A stretch of 64,000 nt of DNA, taken from contig JAAILG010001192.1 of NCBI GenBank assembly GCA_012026655.1, positions 1 through 64,000 on the forward strand, written 5' to 3'. Under the pieces are notes generated by a model. That model saw only the letters and a list, made by a program, of their open reading frames with translations, searched no databases and was not told the origin of the DNA. The position numbers and the translations under genes are program-made. The DNA is from Hydrolagus affinis (Eukaryota). Shown piece by piece: positions 51,896 to 64,000 of the stretch (position 1 is the stretch's first letter; the number at the start of each line of letters is the position of its first letter).

Positions 51896-52841
51896 TTAAA
51901 CAAAAGTTTCTAAGGTTAGAATCTTACTGTATTTTCCAATACAGAGATAAATGTTACATAGCGTGGCCAAGGGAATGTCAGGAGTTTGAAGTATTACTCA
52001 CGTCTAGCCACAGTGCTAATGTAGATATGCTATAATACAGATGATTAATCTCTCACTGAGAAAAGAAACTGCTTAAATTATGTTTGCATTAGAGGAAGCG
52101 GGATTTTAAAACGCTTTGCCTTTGACAAAGGACTAACTTGAAATTGCTTTTGTTTTAGAAGGTGCAAGAGCTAAAACGGTATTATACCGCAGTTACTAAT
52201 CAAGCCCATTTTAATCCAACACTGTTTGTGGGACTGTCTGTGCTGTGCCAAATTGGCTGCCATGTTTTCCCACAAAATATACGGTCAATCTACTTCACAG
52301 TATATTCTGTGAAGCACTTTGAGACATCTCAGTGACATGATAAGGCGCTATATCAAATGCAAGGATTATTATCATTATTTGGAGGGAGGCTACGGATACA
52401 ATATTCTTGGGCGTGGCCCCTTTCATTTGATACAGAGCCTTATCACGTCTTCGAGACGTCTCAAAGCGCTTCACAGAATGTACTGTAAAGTGAATTGACT
52501 ATATTTTTCTGGGCAAAATTTTACAGTACATTTGGTACGCCTTTATCACGTCGGAAGGCACAAAGTTTTGGAAGAGCCAAGTTTAATGGGCACTAGAAGA
52601 TGGGCTAAAACGACATAGGCTTCCATTAACAGCACTGTCCCTCACTTTATCCTGCTCAGACAAGCATTTCCATTAAGGCTTTGGTTTGTAGAGTCAACAG
52701 GAGACATGATGGAAGGTGGGAGTACAATTTGCCACCACAGCTCAGGTTTGAATGGTCTATGGATGGAGGTGAGCTAAAAAAGGACTGCTTCCCCCAACTC
52801 CCCCCACTCCCCCATTACATTCAAAGCAATTTAATTAAGGT

Positions 52842-53623
52842 AGAAAGATGGCAAAAAGCACTCACTAACAGGATGGGATGTCAGCCGATATTTGATGATT
52901 TGAAGGCTAGCAAACATCCGACGTGAGATTTATGAGAGACAAGTGGACAAGAGAACGTGGAATGAGGTCAGTGAATCACCAGTTTGATTATTATCTTGGT
53001 TGGACAAAGGGCTGTATGTTACTGAGCTTGGCCCATGATATTCCAGCTTCATTTCGCTTCATAAACGTGTTCTGCCCTCCCAAATATCTGGTGTGTTTGT
53101 TACAGAGATTGCTCTGCCTGACTTGGGGGAGAGAGGGACAGCAGGGAAAGGCAAGCAGTCACTTTCAATAGCCAGTAACTCACTCACTCTCATGAGTTCA
53201 GAGTCTCTCGCAGGAAGAAAAGCTGTAAGCACAGATTACAACTCTCGTTCCTTCCTAATATCCCTCGCGACCACATTGTTTTTCGCTGCCATATAAAATA
53301 GAAGTCAATTGTGCAAAATGATACGTTTTGCCAGGTGCACGTAGTTGATAGATTAACAACACAAGTGAACATTTAGCACAGAGCCTTTCACATCGGGAGG
53401 ATGAACCTAAGTGCTTAACAATCCCAGCTTGGCACTCGAGCTTGGGTGGGAGCTGTGGGAGGTAGGGAGGGGGGGAAAGATGGCTAGAAGAGCGGTTAAA
53501 GTGGTAAAGAAAGACGGCAAAAAGCACTCACTAACAGGATGGGATGTCAGCCGATATTTGATGATTTGAAGGCTAGCAAACATCCGAGATTTATGAGAGA
53601 CCAGTGGACACGAGTACGTGGAA
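52842..53623 (+). repeat. Direct repeat of about 120 bp (52842-52962 and 53508-53623)
   Basis: agaaaga.ggcaaaaagcactcactaacaggatgggatgtcagccgatatttgatgatttgaaggctagcaaacatccga...acgtggaa present twice with a few substitutions and one 5-nt indel. Confidence 0.93.
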
Positions 53624-54059
53624 CGTCTTGAGGTAGACCTTGAATAGGGAGGAACGAGAAGTCGGAGGTACCCTCCCACCCCCCCCCACCCCCCATAATT
53701 TGTTTAGTTACATAGTGACCTTCAGATTAGTTTTGAATATTTCTGCAATGTTATGCAATGCACCAATGCTACACAAGGTGCCATTCTGAAGCAAATGAAA
53801 TCTAAATGGAATTAATGGACCTAACGTTTCCTGTGGTTGGAGTTGGTCAGTAATTCCTTTTCTCTTGCAGGGTGCACAGAAATTTCCCAGATCCAACCGT
53901 CCCGATTGAAACACAGTTTTGATTCCCTTTGGTCTCTTTATGCCAAAGACTTCCATTGTGAATTAGATACTCTTTAGATACTTAATGTATCTAAAGAGGA
54001 CCATTGCTGAGTGAACTCTAACCAATCCGCCGAGTGGAATCAGCAGTGCTCTAGTCCTT

Positions 54060-54424
54060 AGTGCCTTTGACACAGCGCCTGATCACGTCTGCAAGACGTC
54101 TCAAAGCGCTTCGCAGAATATACTGCAAATTTGACTGAATATACTGACTGTATATTTTGTGGGCGAGCCTCGGCAGCCAATTGCGCACATCTGTGTCCCA
54201 CAAACAGTCGTGGATTGAAGTGACCAATTTATTATTGTTTTAAGGAATTTTTACCCCTAGAAAAGCATTCCACCAATTGATTAACAACCGGGTTCCTACT
54301 TCCTGCTGGGCAAACAGAGGAATGTGGAGTAAGGAAACTTGCCCAACATTTCACCCTGCCAGAAATCAAACCCAGGTCTATTGCTTGTGAGGCAAGTGCT
54401 CCAACTACTGAGCTACAGGACTCC
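54060..54424 (-). mobile_element. Full-length tRNA-derived SINE
   Basis: ggagtcctgtagctcagtagttggagc head and body. Confidence 0.85.
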
Positions 54425-55365
54425 ATATTAAGCCCGGATTCAGTTTGCTCTGTGAAAAGTTAATGTTATGCAAATAATATCCACCATCCTTGTGTTTAAT
54501 ATAGTGGCTTGTCACATCTCTGAATACTCAGAGAGAGGTTTACTGTAAATAACAATAACAACAAATTGCAGTTGTATAGACAGCACCTTTCACATCAGGA
54601 GGATATCCCAAGGCGAGCGCAGTCAGTGTTTCGGACTTGGGAAGGGAGGGTAAGGTGCGGGGGGAGGGGGGAGGTGTGGGGGGGTGGGAACGGGACCGAT
54701 GGCACAGTCGAAGAGAAAGGTCAGGGATCCGCACCCAAACTGGTGGTTGGGATCAGGAGGGGAGGAGAGTGGGGAGTTAGGGGGAAGTAGTAAAGTGTAG
54801 CAACTGTGCATTTTTTTAAAAGAGTGAGTGAAGGGAACGTTACTGACCAAAGTGTGTTGTGTATTTCATGGAGAAGAAACCGGGGGACTGGGGGGGGGTG
54901 GTGGGGGAATGGTTTGTTAAACTGTATAATTCCCCTACACATTGTCAGCGCCTCCATTCAACAACAACAACAACAAATTACATTTGTATGGTAGCTTTCA
55001 CATCGGGGGAAACAAAGAGACAGGAGATTCTCTCTCTCTATCTCTTGTCTCTTTCTTTCTCTCTCTCTCATCTCGTGTCCTGGCCAACAATCCTCCAAAT
55101 AAAATCAGTCGCTCACTGCATGACTCTTTGTGGGACATCACCAGGCACAATCGTGCTGCTGCCTGTTTTTCGCCCACAAACCACATTGTGCACAGTCCCT
55201 ACATTTTACACTACAACCCAGTGAAGTGCTTGGAGACTTCTCGAAGATGTGATCAAGACCACTGATGAGGATATAAGGCGCGATATCGAACGCAGGGATT
55301 ATTATTCATGCGGAGCATTATTAATAAGAAGTATTATTATTATTTATCATTACCGCCAGACTTAC

Positions 55366-56151
55366 CCTGATCACGTTGCGGGAAGAGTTCTTATCGTCCA
55401 CGTTCACGTTGAGTGTGAAGAAAGCTGCCGCACTGTACACACCTTGAGCCTTGTACAAAAGTTCATCCAAACTCCAGCGGGACCTTTTGAGGTTGACTAG
55501 GAGGTCCCAGCCCCCGCAGTCCTGGATGATGTCCAGCATGGGCTGTGCCCCTTGCCTCTCGATCTCCTCCAGATCCATGCAGGACCTGTAGAAGTCCTTG
55601 ACCTTCCTCTCTGCCGACCACCGGGACCTCCTCCTGATGGGTTTCTGCAGGAGCTGCTCCAGTTTGGCTTGGTTCTGCTGGGCGATGGCACTGATGGCGC
55701 TGTAGCTCATCTTGTCCTCGGGGATGCCGTGCCTCCTGAGCCAGCCCCCGCACGAGAAGGTGTAGAAGTCGGTGCACGGGTCCACAGTGGAGTCGATGTT
55801 GCTGGCCACGAGCTTGGCCGCCTTGCTGGAAGCTCCTCTGTTGCGGTTGCAGTGCTCCCGGCAGCGGTTCTGGTCCTGCTCGGACACCAGGTATTTGAGC
55901 AGCAACGTCCCGGCCAGGATGATGCACAGACCGGTGGTGAACACCAGCCCAGAGAACAGGCAGATCTCCCTCTTGCTCCACCTGTTAGCTTTGCCCTTGC
56001 CGGCCTTGCCCGAGCCCCTGTCCTGCCTCTGAGATCCCACATGGAGACTCAGACCATTGTGCAAAGTGCCCGAGCTGAACCGGTTCATGCACTTAACTTC
56101 CTGAAACTCATCGTAGTGAGCTGTCAGGGAGTAAGTCTTCTCCATGTCCAT
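55366..56151 (-). CDS. ECEL1: ECEL1 first coding exon (exon 2): cytoplasmic tail, type II transmembrane anchor, start of M13 N-domain
   Basis: MDMEKTYSLTAHYDEFQEVK...RWSKREICLFSGLVFTTGLCIILAGTLLLKYL...DPCTDFYTFSCGGWLRRHGIPEDK...NSSRNVIR. 786 nt from ATG 56151; a second in-frame ATG at 56145 aligns with the human MEPPYSLTAHYDEF start. Probable acceptor cag at 56166-56164; donor AGG|gtaagt. Confidence 0.97.
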
Positions 56152-56373
56152 CTCTCAGGCGCACTGTATTCACACACACACACACAGATAGAGAGGGAAA
56201 GGGAGAGAGAGAGGAGTTCAGTTGTTATTTTTGAATGCATGTACAACATAAACCATTCGCATGGCTTCTAGCTCCACTGTGTGGATCTTGCTAAAGTGCA
56301 GAGGGTTTCGAGTGGAGGTTTTGATTCAATCCAGGTAGCAATCTGAACTGCGAATCAGCCACCTACCACTCAC

Positions 56374-56655
56374 AGCTCTCTGTGTCCCTCTCTCTCCCTT
56401 TCTCTCTCTCTCTCTCAGTCTCTGTTTCTCTCTCTCCTCTCTCTTTCTCTCTCTGGAGCTGTTTGTTTTCTCTTTCTCCCTCTCTGCGTCTCTCTGTCTG
56501 GAACTATCTTTGTCTCTCTGTGTGTTTGTGTGTGTAGGTGTCTGTCTGTGTCTCTCTGTCAGTTCTGTCTTTCTCTCTCGGTCTCTTTCTCTGGACTCTC
56601 TCTCTCTCTCTCTCTCTCTGGAGCTCTCCGTCACTCTGTCTTTCTCTTTCTCTCA
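56374..56655. repeat. (CT)n/(GT)n compound microsatellite, polypyrimidine-polypurine tract
   Basis: About 280 nt of degenerate CT repeats with a GT block. Confidence 0.9.
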
Positions 56656-58189
56656 GAGCTAATCAGAATGAGTGACAGCCACTGCCTCTCTCCTACATGC
56701 TTTATTGTAACGAACCAGCCAGCAAGCTGCTTTCATTTAGATTATAATAACCTTATCATAATCATATAGAGTAATCCTTGCATTTGATATTGCACCTCAA
56801 TTCATCCAAACTGGTAGTGAGGAAAACGCTCAAGCTAAGCCTCACATTATCTGCCAGTAAAAAATAGTACGTACACAAACACAATAGCATTCCAGCTAAA
56901 TTAAACTACACTTGCCCCAATGTTCTACGCCACTAACAAACATGCAACAAACAGCGTAAAGCAACAAGTATAAAATATTAATATTTTAAACTATTTATTA
57001 CTCTTATTTGGCATTAATGTAGCATCTTTTGTATCGGCATATTGCCGTTGTAGCGATTACATTACTGCACAGCACTTTTTTTCTTAAAAAGTTGTGGATT
57101 TTGCTTAGCATTTCTTATTTCTAAACACAGAAGCGTTATTAGCAGGGATCAAGGCTCTTGTGTTTTAGGCTGAAAGGCGCTCATTTTTTTTTTGCTCTGC
57201 CCCTTCACCCCGAAAGAAAAGATCAGAGTAAGGAGATTGGGAACACGAGTGAGAATCAGTCTTCAAACTAACCTGCGTCCGACTTTGTGGTGGTTCCAGT
57301 AATGTAGACTCCACTGCAAAGGTTTCACAGTTTAATGAAATCAGCTGCACCTGGACTGCGATGTACCAGAAATGTTCAGCAAATGTCCAAATACTGTATA
57401 TTCAATGCTAACTCAGAGAGCCATTAAAGCCCACTGTCCAGTGCAACAGTGCTGAACATTAATACCAAGCGAGTGCTGCACAGATACAATGCAGATTAAA
57501 TTATAAATATTTACAAAGAGGAAACACAATGATGCAGAGAGAGAGCAGGGAGGAGTGGAGTGGGGTGGGGGGGGGGAGGAACTTTACAGCTCCATTACCC
57601 TGTGCTTTAGACATTTAGTCAAAAGTCAATCTGCAGTTGTAATTATGAAAATGGCAATGCATTATTCATAGAGCGATAATTATAGGCTGTTTAATCGTTT
57701 TCTGGTTAATTGACTTTTTTTGTGATTTCAAGTAAAAACCATCCATTAATGATCCGAACAGCTCAGCCTTCGTTTTGGAAAACAAAAGTCACATCTAGGG
57801 AAAAGTTAGGGATGTAAATAAATTATATGTTGGCATTTCAATTCCCAATAGTATTGATTTAAATCAAAGTTGAGGTATAGATCACACATGGAATGGCGGA
57901 ACAGGCTCATGGGGCTGAATGGCCTGCTCCTGTTCCTATCATTCAACAACAAAGAGACGCACAGGTGTTGTGGTTTACGGTTTTATTTGGATTTATTCTA
58001 AATCCCAAATTGTTGTAAATTGTAATTACCTCAGTGTGACTCGCCAATCAACCTCCAGCAAGCAACTAATCCCATGTGATAATTAGCCCAAAGTAATCGG
58101 TTGGGAAATGTCGCAGTTTGGCATCCATTGCGCTGAGGTTTTGTTTTTCCTCACCTTGAAGGATCACAAAACACACAGTCACTACACGT

Positions 58190-58458
58190 CACTGCAGAAT
58201 ACTCTGTAAAGTGCTTGAGACATCTCAACGACGTGATACAGCGCTACATCAAATGCAAGGATTATTATAATAATATCAGCGACCCTTGCAATTTGGTATA
58301 GCGCCATATCATGTCAATCGACTAACAATCGGGTTTCCACTTAATGCACGGTAAACAGAGGCATCTGGAGCAAGGAAACTTTTTCGCCCTACTGGGAATC
58401 GAATCCAAGTCTCTCGCTTGCGAGGCGAGTGCTACAACCACTAAGCTGCAGGACTCCA
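58190..58458. mobile_element. Tail-to-tail SINE pair
   Basis: Plus-strand tail ends at about 58272; minus-strand copy runs 58283-58458 with head. Confidence 0.75.
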
Positions 58459-59669
58459 TTATTATCTCCATTATTGTTTAAAAAATCAGAGTCTTGATAT
58501 ATTAATTCTATGCTAAATCTATTACACTCGATATTATATAATATACACAGGCTCTACATAACACCAAAAACTATCAACGTGGTGCCAAACCGAACAGTCA
58601 GGTTGCATGACATAAGACAGAAGGCAGAATGCGATGAAAATAGGCAGCAGCTGAACAAAAAGCTGAGAAAGATAATATTAAGTTCATCATCATCATTTCT
58701 CATAAGCTTCCAGCACACGTTCCCTGCAAGTACTAAAATCTTTATTATATCAAGTGAGATGTGGGAGTGATGTGGGTGGGGGTGGGGAGAGGAGAAGGAG
58801 GGAGAGAGAGAGGAAGCTACACTTCGTGAGGGGTGCTACATAAACACAAGTTGTTGTTTTTGAGAGCGAGGGGGAGAGAGAGAGAGAGAGAGAGAGGATT
58901 CCTCCCTCCCAGTTTAAATCCACAGATAATGAGACTCATTTGATGACTGAGCCCCCGGACTACTGCATTTAAATTTAGAATGTTTATAACTCAATGTTTT
59001 GCAAGAGATCAAACAGCAGGTGGCAAAACAAAATCACGAACAAGCATTGCAGTTAATATACTGAGACAGGAGCTCACACAACTACTGAACGGTGAGAGGG
59101 GGGTAAAGGGGAGGGTAGAGTGGGGGTTGGGTGGGGTGGGGGGTGAGTTGGTGGGGAAAGGATGAGAAATAAAAGTCTTGCTCGTTTCTGAAGAGCCCCG
59201 TAAAGTGCTGGAAGATTTGGGAGACAAATGGGCTGGTGTGACTCGGTTCGAAATCTCTTTAATGGCAAAAGGCTTTTACTTTCCAAAATTATTATTTACT
59301 AACTCTAATTGAATGAAACTCAATTGCCTCGCCAAACGCGTTTTGAATTGCAAATGCACTCTCTCGGGTCTTCAGGCTGGCCATTTTTCATTTAGCAGAA
59401 AGTGCCTCTACTGTTTTGAAGTCTTGCCATAAATAATAACAGCAGCGACAGAGTCACACACAGGGAGAAAGAGAGCGGAGGGGGTGGCGGGGAGGAGAGG
59501 AGAGGGGGAGGGAGAGGGCATTGGGTGCATCTACAGGATAAGTACGGTAGGGATTGCAGGGAGTTGGGCTGTAACAACAAATTGCATTTATATAGCGTTC
59601 TTCACGCAGGGTAGCGTTTCGGAGCATTTAACAGCGCCTGTTCACATAACACTATTTGAAAAGAGATGA

Positions 59670-60487
59670 GAAATTTCTCTTTCCTGGTGTCCTGGCCAAC
59701 AATATGAAGGGTCACTCACTCCATGGCTGTTTGTGGGATGCTGCTGCGTGCAAAGTGGCTGACACGTGTCGATAAAATACCACTAAAGTACTACTCCTAA
59801 TAATAGTAATCCTTACATTTGATATAGCGCTTTTTGTGTTTACCAGACGACTCGAAGCGCTTCACAGAATATACTGTAAAGTGAATCGACTGTATATTTG
59901 CGGGCGAAACGTGGCAGCTAATTGCGGACAGCAGTGTCCCACAAACAGTCGTGGATTGAAAATGACCAATTTATTGGTTTTTTTCGAGGGATTATTAATA
60001 GGCATGTGGAGTAAGGAAACTTGCCCAAGGTTTCGCCCAGATCTGCCTGGAATTGCACCCGGATCTCTCGCTTGCGAGGCGAACGCTCCAACCGCTGAGC
60101 TACAGGCCTCCAATTCACTAGACACTACATTTTACAATCCTGTGAAGCGCTTTGACGTGTCACCCTGAGGTATATCAAACGAGAGGATTATTACTATGAG
60201 ATAAGATGTGAGATAGACAATGGCTCTCTGTAGGAGTTGAACAAGTTGTTGACAACTGATCATGTTTCTCATGAAATCGAACACCTGATCATGTTTTTAA
60301 TCTTCATTCCGTAAAACTGTGGAGTCTTTCTCTTTGTTTGGTTTTTGAGAATTTCCACTTTTTCAGCCGAGCCAGTGAGTGATCATAACTAAGCAATTCC
60401 TGGCACTGTAGCGGTTGAATTTATAGATCATGTCCAATTGTGGATCAAACTCATCGCCGGCCTCATAAATATTCACATGCAATAATT
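59670..60487 (-). repeat. Inverted segmental duplication, copy B (interrupted by a younger SINE at about 59800-60111)
   Basis: Matches copy A; homology resumes beyond the SINE (ggtcactcactccatggct 59710-59728 is the reverse complement of 51591-51609). Confidence 0.93.
59800..60111 (-). mobile_element. Full-length young tRNA-derived SINE
   Basis: Close to the window consensus, CpGs retained; head ggaggcctgtagctcagcggttggagcg. Confidence 0.88.
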
Positions 60488-61487
60488 TAATGAGAGTCAC
60501 TCATAAAATAATATTGGTCACTCATTCCTTGGCTGCTTTGTGGGATATTGCTGTGCGCCACTGTGCTGCTGAGTAATACACAGTCACTTCCTCGCACAGT
60601 AGATCATGTGAAGCGCTTTGGGACATCCTTTGACGTGATAAGGGGATGTACCAAGTGCAAGGATTATTAACTAGTATTATTATTATTATTATGGTAAGGA
60701 GACTTCTGAATTGAAGGGAGGGGAGCGGGGGAGGGTATCTGTGAACTGGGTAAAGCATTTTTTTAAAAAAAATAATAATTTCCAAGGAAGGTTTTGTCAT
60801 CTCCATTGAGAGGGAAAAATGTCAATGGTCTGACCCCGAGCAACAGAACACAATTCCCATGGGCATTGTAACAGAACAGCTGAATGCTAGGCTCTTATTG
60901 GAATACATTGTACCCATTATATTAATAAGCATTAAATCTAACAGCTCATGTCTGGTTACTCCGAGCACAGATCACACTGCAGTCGACTATCTCAGGCACA
61001 TTTTCTTTTGAGAAGAAAAAAATACAAAGAAGTCTACCTCGCACTTTACTCCCAGAAAACGCTCTGAAAGAAATTTCTAACGGAAACCTGTTAATGTGGA
61101 AAACGTTAAACGATTCGGATAATCATGTACGAAAGAGGGGCCGGCTTAATTGGGGCTTTTCCCACTGGAGTAGAGGAGATTGAGTGGAGATATATCTGGT
61201 GGAGGTGTTTAATATTTCTGAAGGGCACTACAACCTTAATCGGAGCGAACCATCGGTTGGGGAAAATCTGTGATAAGGAACCAGGATTGTTAGCAGAAGA
61301 ATCAAGGGATTTTCTTGACTGTTGGACTGTATTTGCAGAAAAACAATTCAGCCAAATAGAGCACAGCAACATTTCGCAAATAACGACGACGACAAAATGA
61401 CATTTATAGAGCAGCTTTCACGTGGAGGACGTCCGAAGGCGCTGACATACAGCCACATTGAAACAGCGACAATAATATGATACTAAT

Positions 61488-61760
61488 GATAATTCTTGCA
61501 TTTGATATTGCGCGTGATCACGTCTTCTAGACTCAAACCCCTTCAGAGAATACATTGTAAAGGGGCTTGACTGTGTATTTTGTGGGCAAAACGCAGCAGC
61601 CAATTAGGCACAGCAGTGTTGCACAAACAGTTATGAATAAGTAAAATTATTATTTTTTAGTACCCACAGAAAGCGATCCGCCAATCGACTAATAATTGGG
61701 TTCCTGCTTATTGCTAGGTAAACAGAGGCTTTGTGGAGTGTGGAAACTTGCCTAAGGTTT
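61488..61760 (-). mobile_element. SINE, 5'-truncated; further copies at 60512-60692 (+), 62498-62750 (-) and 63668-63830 (+)
   Basis: Family body and tail motifs. Confidence 0.75.
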
Positions 61761-64000
61761 CCTTGTAGTGAAATCTTGTAAGCAATGCAATGAATGAACG
61801 GTTTTATCTGGAGGATTGCTGGCTAGAACACTGGGCGAGAGAAACTCCCTTCTCCACAATCCAGAGAACCTGTCAGATCCCTGTGATGTTATTGATGCTG
61901 AAGCCCGGAGATGTTCCATCTTAGGAAGTGACATCTGACCCATTTAATCACAGTCTGCTTCGGAATCTTTCACCATGCAAAAAAAGGGGACAATACTTTG
62001 GCTGCGTTCTGCAGAGCGCTCTTTCAATATTAGGAATTTTAATAGCCGAGCATTTGAGAGAAAACCGCTCGAGTAAGAGAATAGGGTGTAATTGGCGAAA
62101 TTACATCCAACTCATCAAGTGTTTTCTGCGTGAGAGATAATGCATTGTTAAATACAAATGACATATGTATCTGTCTTGTTCCATTTACGCAAACCCACAT
62201 CATGGCTTCGAACAGGACATACGGATGTCAGCAAATTCCATCAATCACAGCTACACCATGAGTACTTTAACAACATTCATAAAAAAACACAAGAGGTACG
62301 TAATCCATTTTTATCAATTTATTGCCTGTCTCAGCTGGAAAGGGATTGTTTCCCACTGGTTTATAAGCACCGCTCGCTGTCTCGAGATGAGAAATCCAAC
62401 ACTTTGTTTAAAAATTTAAGGCAAATTCATTGTTCAAATAAGAAAAAATTATTTTCATAACCCAAACCTCTGACAAAAATGACCAATTATAATTAACAAT
62501 AATAATAATCCTTGCATTTGATGTAGCGCCCTGTCACGTTGTTGAGATGTGTTAAAGCGCTTTGCAGACTGTAAAGTGAATTGGAATGTATATTTTGTGG
62601 GCAAAATGCGAACAGCTGTGTCCCACAAACAATCGTGTGATTGAGTAAATAATTTTTTTTATTGAATGCTGAAAGCGATCCGCCAATCGACCGACAACTA
62701 TGTTCTTATTTACTGGCAGGTAAACAGAGGTGGGAAACTTGCCTAAGGTTTATACATTTGAAAGGGATTTAACCGAGTAGCTTCCATTTAAGCCTTGTCC
62801 TATCTTTTAGATCTAGTTTATAATTTGAAGTGGAAATATCTTGTTTGAAATATCAAAAGCGTTCCAAGATTATTTTTTTTCTGGGTGCAAATAATGCATT
62901 AGTTCCAACTGTACATTAGTTGGAAAAAACATCAACATGCAATAGTGTCAATGGCTGTTACACAATCTACAAGCCAACACTTTTGTGGGTCAGCCGAGTG
63001 TCTGACGCATGCGGAAACCCATCGCTTCGCTTAGGAGTCTCCAAACCAAGCTGGGAATCCCATACATCGCACCTCAACATGGAAATTCCAGAGGTGGATC
63101 GTTGGAACGGAATTATAATTCCGTAATGTAAGCTCAATATCAACTGTATATATATCTTGTCAATTCCCACTTTGGCCCCAACATTAAATTCTAACCAGTG
63201 GAGTTTTCAAAAAAAAAGAAATGGGAGCAAATGAATAGAAAAGTGAAGCGACACTTTAGGCACCGGCTTAAAATGGGATGTACATGTGCAATTCTAATAG
63301 AGACATCTACAAAAGCTAAAAGCATGGCAAAGGTCAACTCCTGAATCAGACAGGCACTTACACACAAATAACTAACCACCATTACTGAATCGCCTCTTCC
63401 CCCGCCCCCCACCACGTCCACACACACACACACAGATGATTGAATCCGGCTAATTAAAACAAGTGATTTCCTCAGAGAACCAGCAGGGCATTAGAGAAGC
63501 TGTCACTTATCGGATTTATTCTCAGGTAAATGATTCAGATGGTGTTTACTGCTGCTGCTAAAGTGCCTGCCGCTTGCTCGCTCTCCCGGGCTGTGGTGCC
63601 CAGTTCATCTTGGTGGAGAGTGGTACTACCTTGTTAAGGCAGGCCCTTCTCGCATCAATCTGAAGAGAATTGGTCACTCGATCCACCACTGTTTGTGGGT
63701 CACTGCTGTGCACAATCGGCTGCTGTGTTTCGCCCACAAAATACACAGACTTTCAAAATATATCCTGGGAAGTGCTTTGAGATGTTTAAATGATGTGATA
63801 AGGCTTTACATCAAAGGCTAGGCTTAATATTATAAATATAAAGGCACAATCCAAACTGTGTGTACAAAAATCGACTACAAAAACCGATCCTCTCATCGGT
63901 TGCTAATCTGTGTATTGGCACCAGTGACTAGTGAGACTGGACAACAATTCAATGAAAGAAACCAGTTTTGATGGGCTGCATTTTAAATTGGTCATTATAG

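Noticed and set aside
52842-53623. The direct repeat as tandem snoRNA or miRNA genes
   Set aside because: TGATGA is antisense to the host transcript with no matching D box, no clear hairpin is visible, and copy 2 interrupts an L2
55463-56271. Long overlapping ORFs (239 aa on plus; 172 and 111 aa on minus)
   Set aside because: Shadow frames of the GC-rich ECEL1 exon 2; no recognisable protein
56326-56634. 102-aa Arg/Glu-rich ORF
   Set aside because: Translation of the (GA)n microsatellite
51164-60487. The inverted pair as terminal repeats of a 9.3-kb transposon, or the core as a C/D snoRNA
   Set aside because: No target-site duplication at the outer ends and no transposase; no complete C and D box pair shared by both copies
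56164-64000. ECEL1 non-coding exon 1 and TSS
   Set aside because: Only isolated candidate donors (near 56374 and 58155) and no clear promoter island; it cannot be placed and may lie beyond the window

Overview
Vertebrate genomic DNA, not prokaryotic. The repeat landscape (tRNA-headed SINEs with Deu-domain-like bodies and (ATT)n tails, L2-like LINE 3' ends with (GTT)n tails, CR1 fragments, a Penelope-type palindrome) suggests a cartilaginous fish; the taxon is an inference. Two complete multi-exon genes lie in tandem on the minus strand. ECEL1 (M13/neprilysin-family zinc metallopeptidase) has 17 coding exons from 56151 to 23419, 2328 nt, 775 aa, with HELTH, GENIADMGG and a terminal CSVW. COPS7B (COP9 signalosome subunit 7b) has 6 coding exons from 18578 to 12285, 795 nt, 264 aa, plus a CpG-rich promoter and non-coding first exon near 20.5-20.9 kb. 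All exon boundaries were read by hand: each is GT-AG and the phases join into uninterrupted ORFs. The most unusual structure is an old inverted duplication (about 51164-51665 and 59670-60487) bracketing the first coding exon of ECEL1. Its repeat-derived part has decayed and taken a later SINE insertion, while its unique core is identical over 103 nt. Also noted: SINE tails abutting four ECEL1 splice acceptors, a hammerhead-like Penelope palindrome, two MITEs, a templated insertion into an L2 tail, weak splice sites, and a gene order unlike human 2q37.
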